Shown: positions 62,942 through 64,000 of the stretch, one piece after another | How the letters are laid out: every line of letters starts with the position of its first letter | Position numbering within the stretch: the stretch's first letter is position 1 | From: a virus | Virus record (IMG/VR): IMGVR_UViG_3300045988_042432 | DNA: 64,000 bases | Direction: 5' to 3' (one strand) | The notes under the pieces: generated by a model | The model's database searches: none | Told to the model about the DNA's origin: nothing | The model's input: the letters and a program-made list of their open reading frames with translations, nothing else | Made by a program: the position numbers and the translations under genes

Positions 62942-64000
62942 ATGGCAAAGAACATTATTCCGCAAGGAACTACAGCTGCTATTAAGCAGAGAGTTAACAA
63001 GTACGAGGAAACTCAGAAACAGAGAATGATTGAAGTGCTCCAAAGCAATGTGAAGTATGCTGATGCTCTGGGATTCATCGAAGGTGAAATCAAACAGTCC
63101 AAGAAAATGGCAAGTTTCAAATACTCGCTGCTTTGTTGGAAACCAGACGGTGTATATCAGTTGAACAGAGCAATCAATGAAATCTTCGGTTCTGCCGTTA
63201 GTAAGGAGGATAACAGTCCTTCTGGAAACAGCAACATTGATACCGTAGACGTTGTTCTGGCAGACGGTTCTCGTACCAAAGTTCCGTTTGGTAAAATTAG
63301 CCTTGAAGAATTGGGAGAAGATTCTGAAATCAACATCAACTATGACAATGACCGTCATTTGCTCCTTATTAAAGGACAATGCCAGTTCAAATACCAGTCA
63401 TTAATTGATGATATTGTTGACAGAACTAAAGAGCTATTGGCATCAGAATCTATCTACAAAAACCAGGCTTTGGAAATCAGTAATCTGTCTGAACCTACTA
63501 TCATGACACTTGCCGGCATTGAGAAACAATTCATGGTTCTTTCTAAGAAGACTGAATTTGAATTGCAACCGCTACGCTCAAGAATCTTGTATCCAGAGAA
63601 ATGTCTGGCTAAAGGTATTCCATTGAAGTATGGTTGTTTGCTGGAAGGTAAATATGGTACAGGTAAGACCTTGCTGGCATTTAAGCTGGCTAAAGATGCT
63701 GTAACAAACGGCTGGTCATTCGTGTATTTGAAGAATCCTTCTCTTCTTGCAGAAACTCTGCGCATGTGTAAAGTTGTTGACCGTTCGGGTCATGGTGTTG
63801 TTGTATTTGTTGAAGATATTGACCAAGTAACTAGAGGTAACAGAGATGCTGCTATGCAGGACATCCTGAATACTCTGGACGGTGGTGATACCAAAGACAT
63901 GAACGTAATCACCTTGTTCACTACTAATCACATTGAATTGATTGAACCTACCTTCTTAAGAGGTAAGAGAATCGGCTCTGTGATTACCATGGACTGTCTG
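62942..64000 (+). CDS. AAA+ ATPase (classical AAA clade), 3'-truncated by the window end
   Basis: Not in the ORF track because it has no stop. Own translation is open for 353 codons and shows Walker A LEGKYGTGKT, Walker B VVVFVEDID and sensor/SRH TTNHIELIEPTFLRGKRIG. Confidence 0.75.
   Translation, partial: MAKNIIPQGTTAAIKQRVNKYEETQKQRMIEVLQSNVKYADALGFIEGEIKQSKKMASFKYSLLCWKPDGVYQLNRAINEIFGSAVSKEDNSPSGNSNIDTVDVVLADGSRTKVPFGKISLEELGEDSEININYDNDRHLLLIKGQCQFKYQSLIDDIVDRTKELLASESIYKNQALEISNLSEPTIMTLAGIEKQFMVLSKKTEFELQPLRSRILYPEKCLAKGIPLKYGCLLEGKYGTGKTLLAFKLAKDAVTNGWSFVYLKNPSLLAETLRMCKVVDRSGHGVVVFVEDIDQVTRGNRDAAMQDILNTLDGGDTKDMNVITLFTTNHIELIEPTFLRGKRIGSVITMDCL

Noticed and set aside
62870-63931. 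Minus-strand ORFs 62870..63379, 63157..63339, 63454..63765 and 63716..63931
   Set aside because: They are antisense to a plus-strand frame that is open for 353 codons and carries clear Walker A/B and sensor motifs of an AAA+ ATPase.

Overview
AT-rich slice of a large tailed-phage genome. Several TAnnTTTG-type -7 boxes suggest a Bacteroidales host. A crAss-like affiliation is only a guess, because no homology search was possible and all RNA folds were done by eye. Layout: (1) 0.2-20.4 kb, leftward late module with seven consecutive tail-fibre-like genes (one with an S74 chaperone end), a portal-sized gene, the large terminase, a GroES-like gene and a PD-(D/E)XK nuclease. (2) 20.5-30.2 kb, rightward module with HNH-type genes, a paralogous gene family carrying homopolymeric G tracts, and a 1198-aa virion cell-wall hydrolase. 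(3) 30.3-34.9 kb, leftward small genes, including the fifth family member. (4) about 35 kb, divergent control region with direct repeats. (5) 35.5-41.4 kb, rightward small genes, five of them preceded by one conserved covarying hairpin, followed by a canonical type I hammerhead ribozyme. (6) 41.4-64 kb, an RNA and translation island with about 23 tRNAs, a tmRNA, two more covarying hairpin families around the tRNAs, unassigned structured RNAs, homing endonucleases, an NfeD-flotillin pair, two vWA proteins, a short PurA/PurZ-like enzyme and an AAA+ ATPase that runs off the window. The tRNA set includes an amber suppressor CUA and two long-variable-arm tRNAs with Asn and Thr anticodons. The strongest candidate for something new is the five-member family with G9-G10 tracts at a conserved Gly-Gly-Gly position. 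Three copies are out of frame, one is in frame, and one has a non-slippery version of the same codons.
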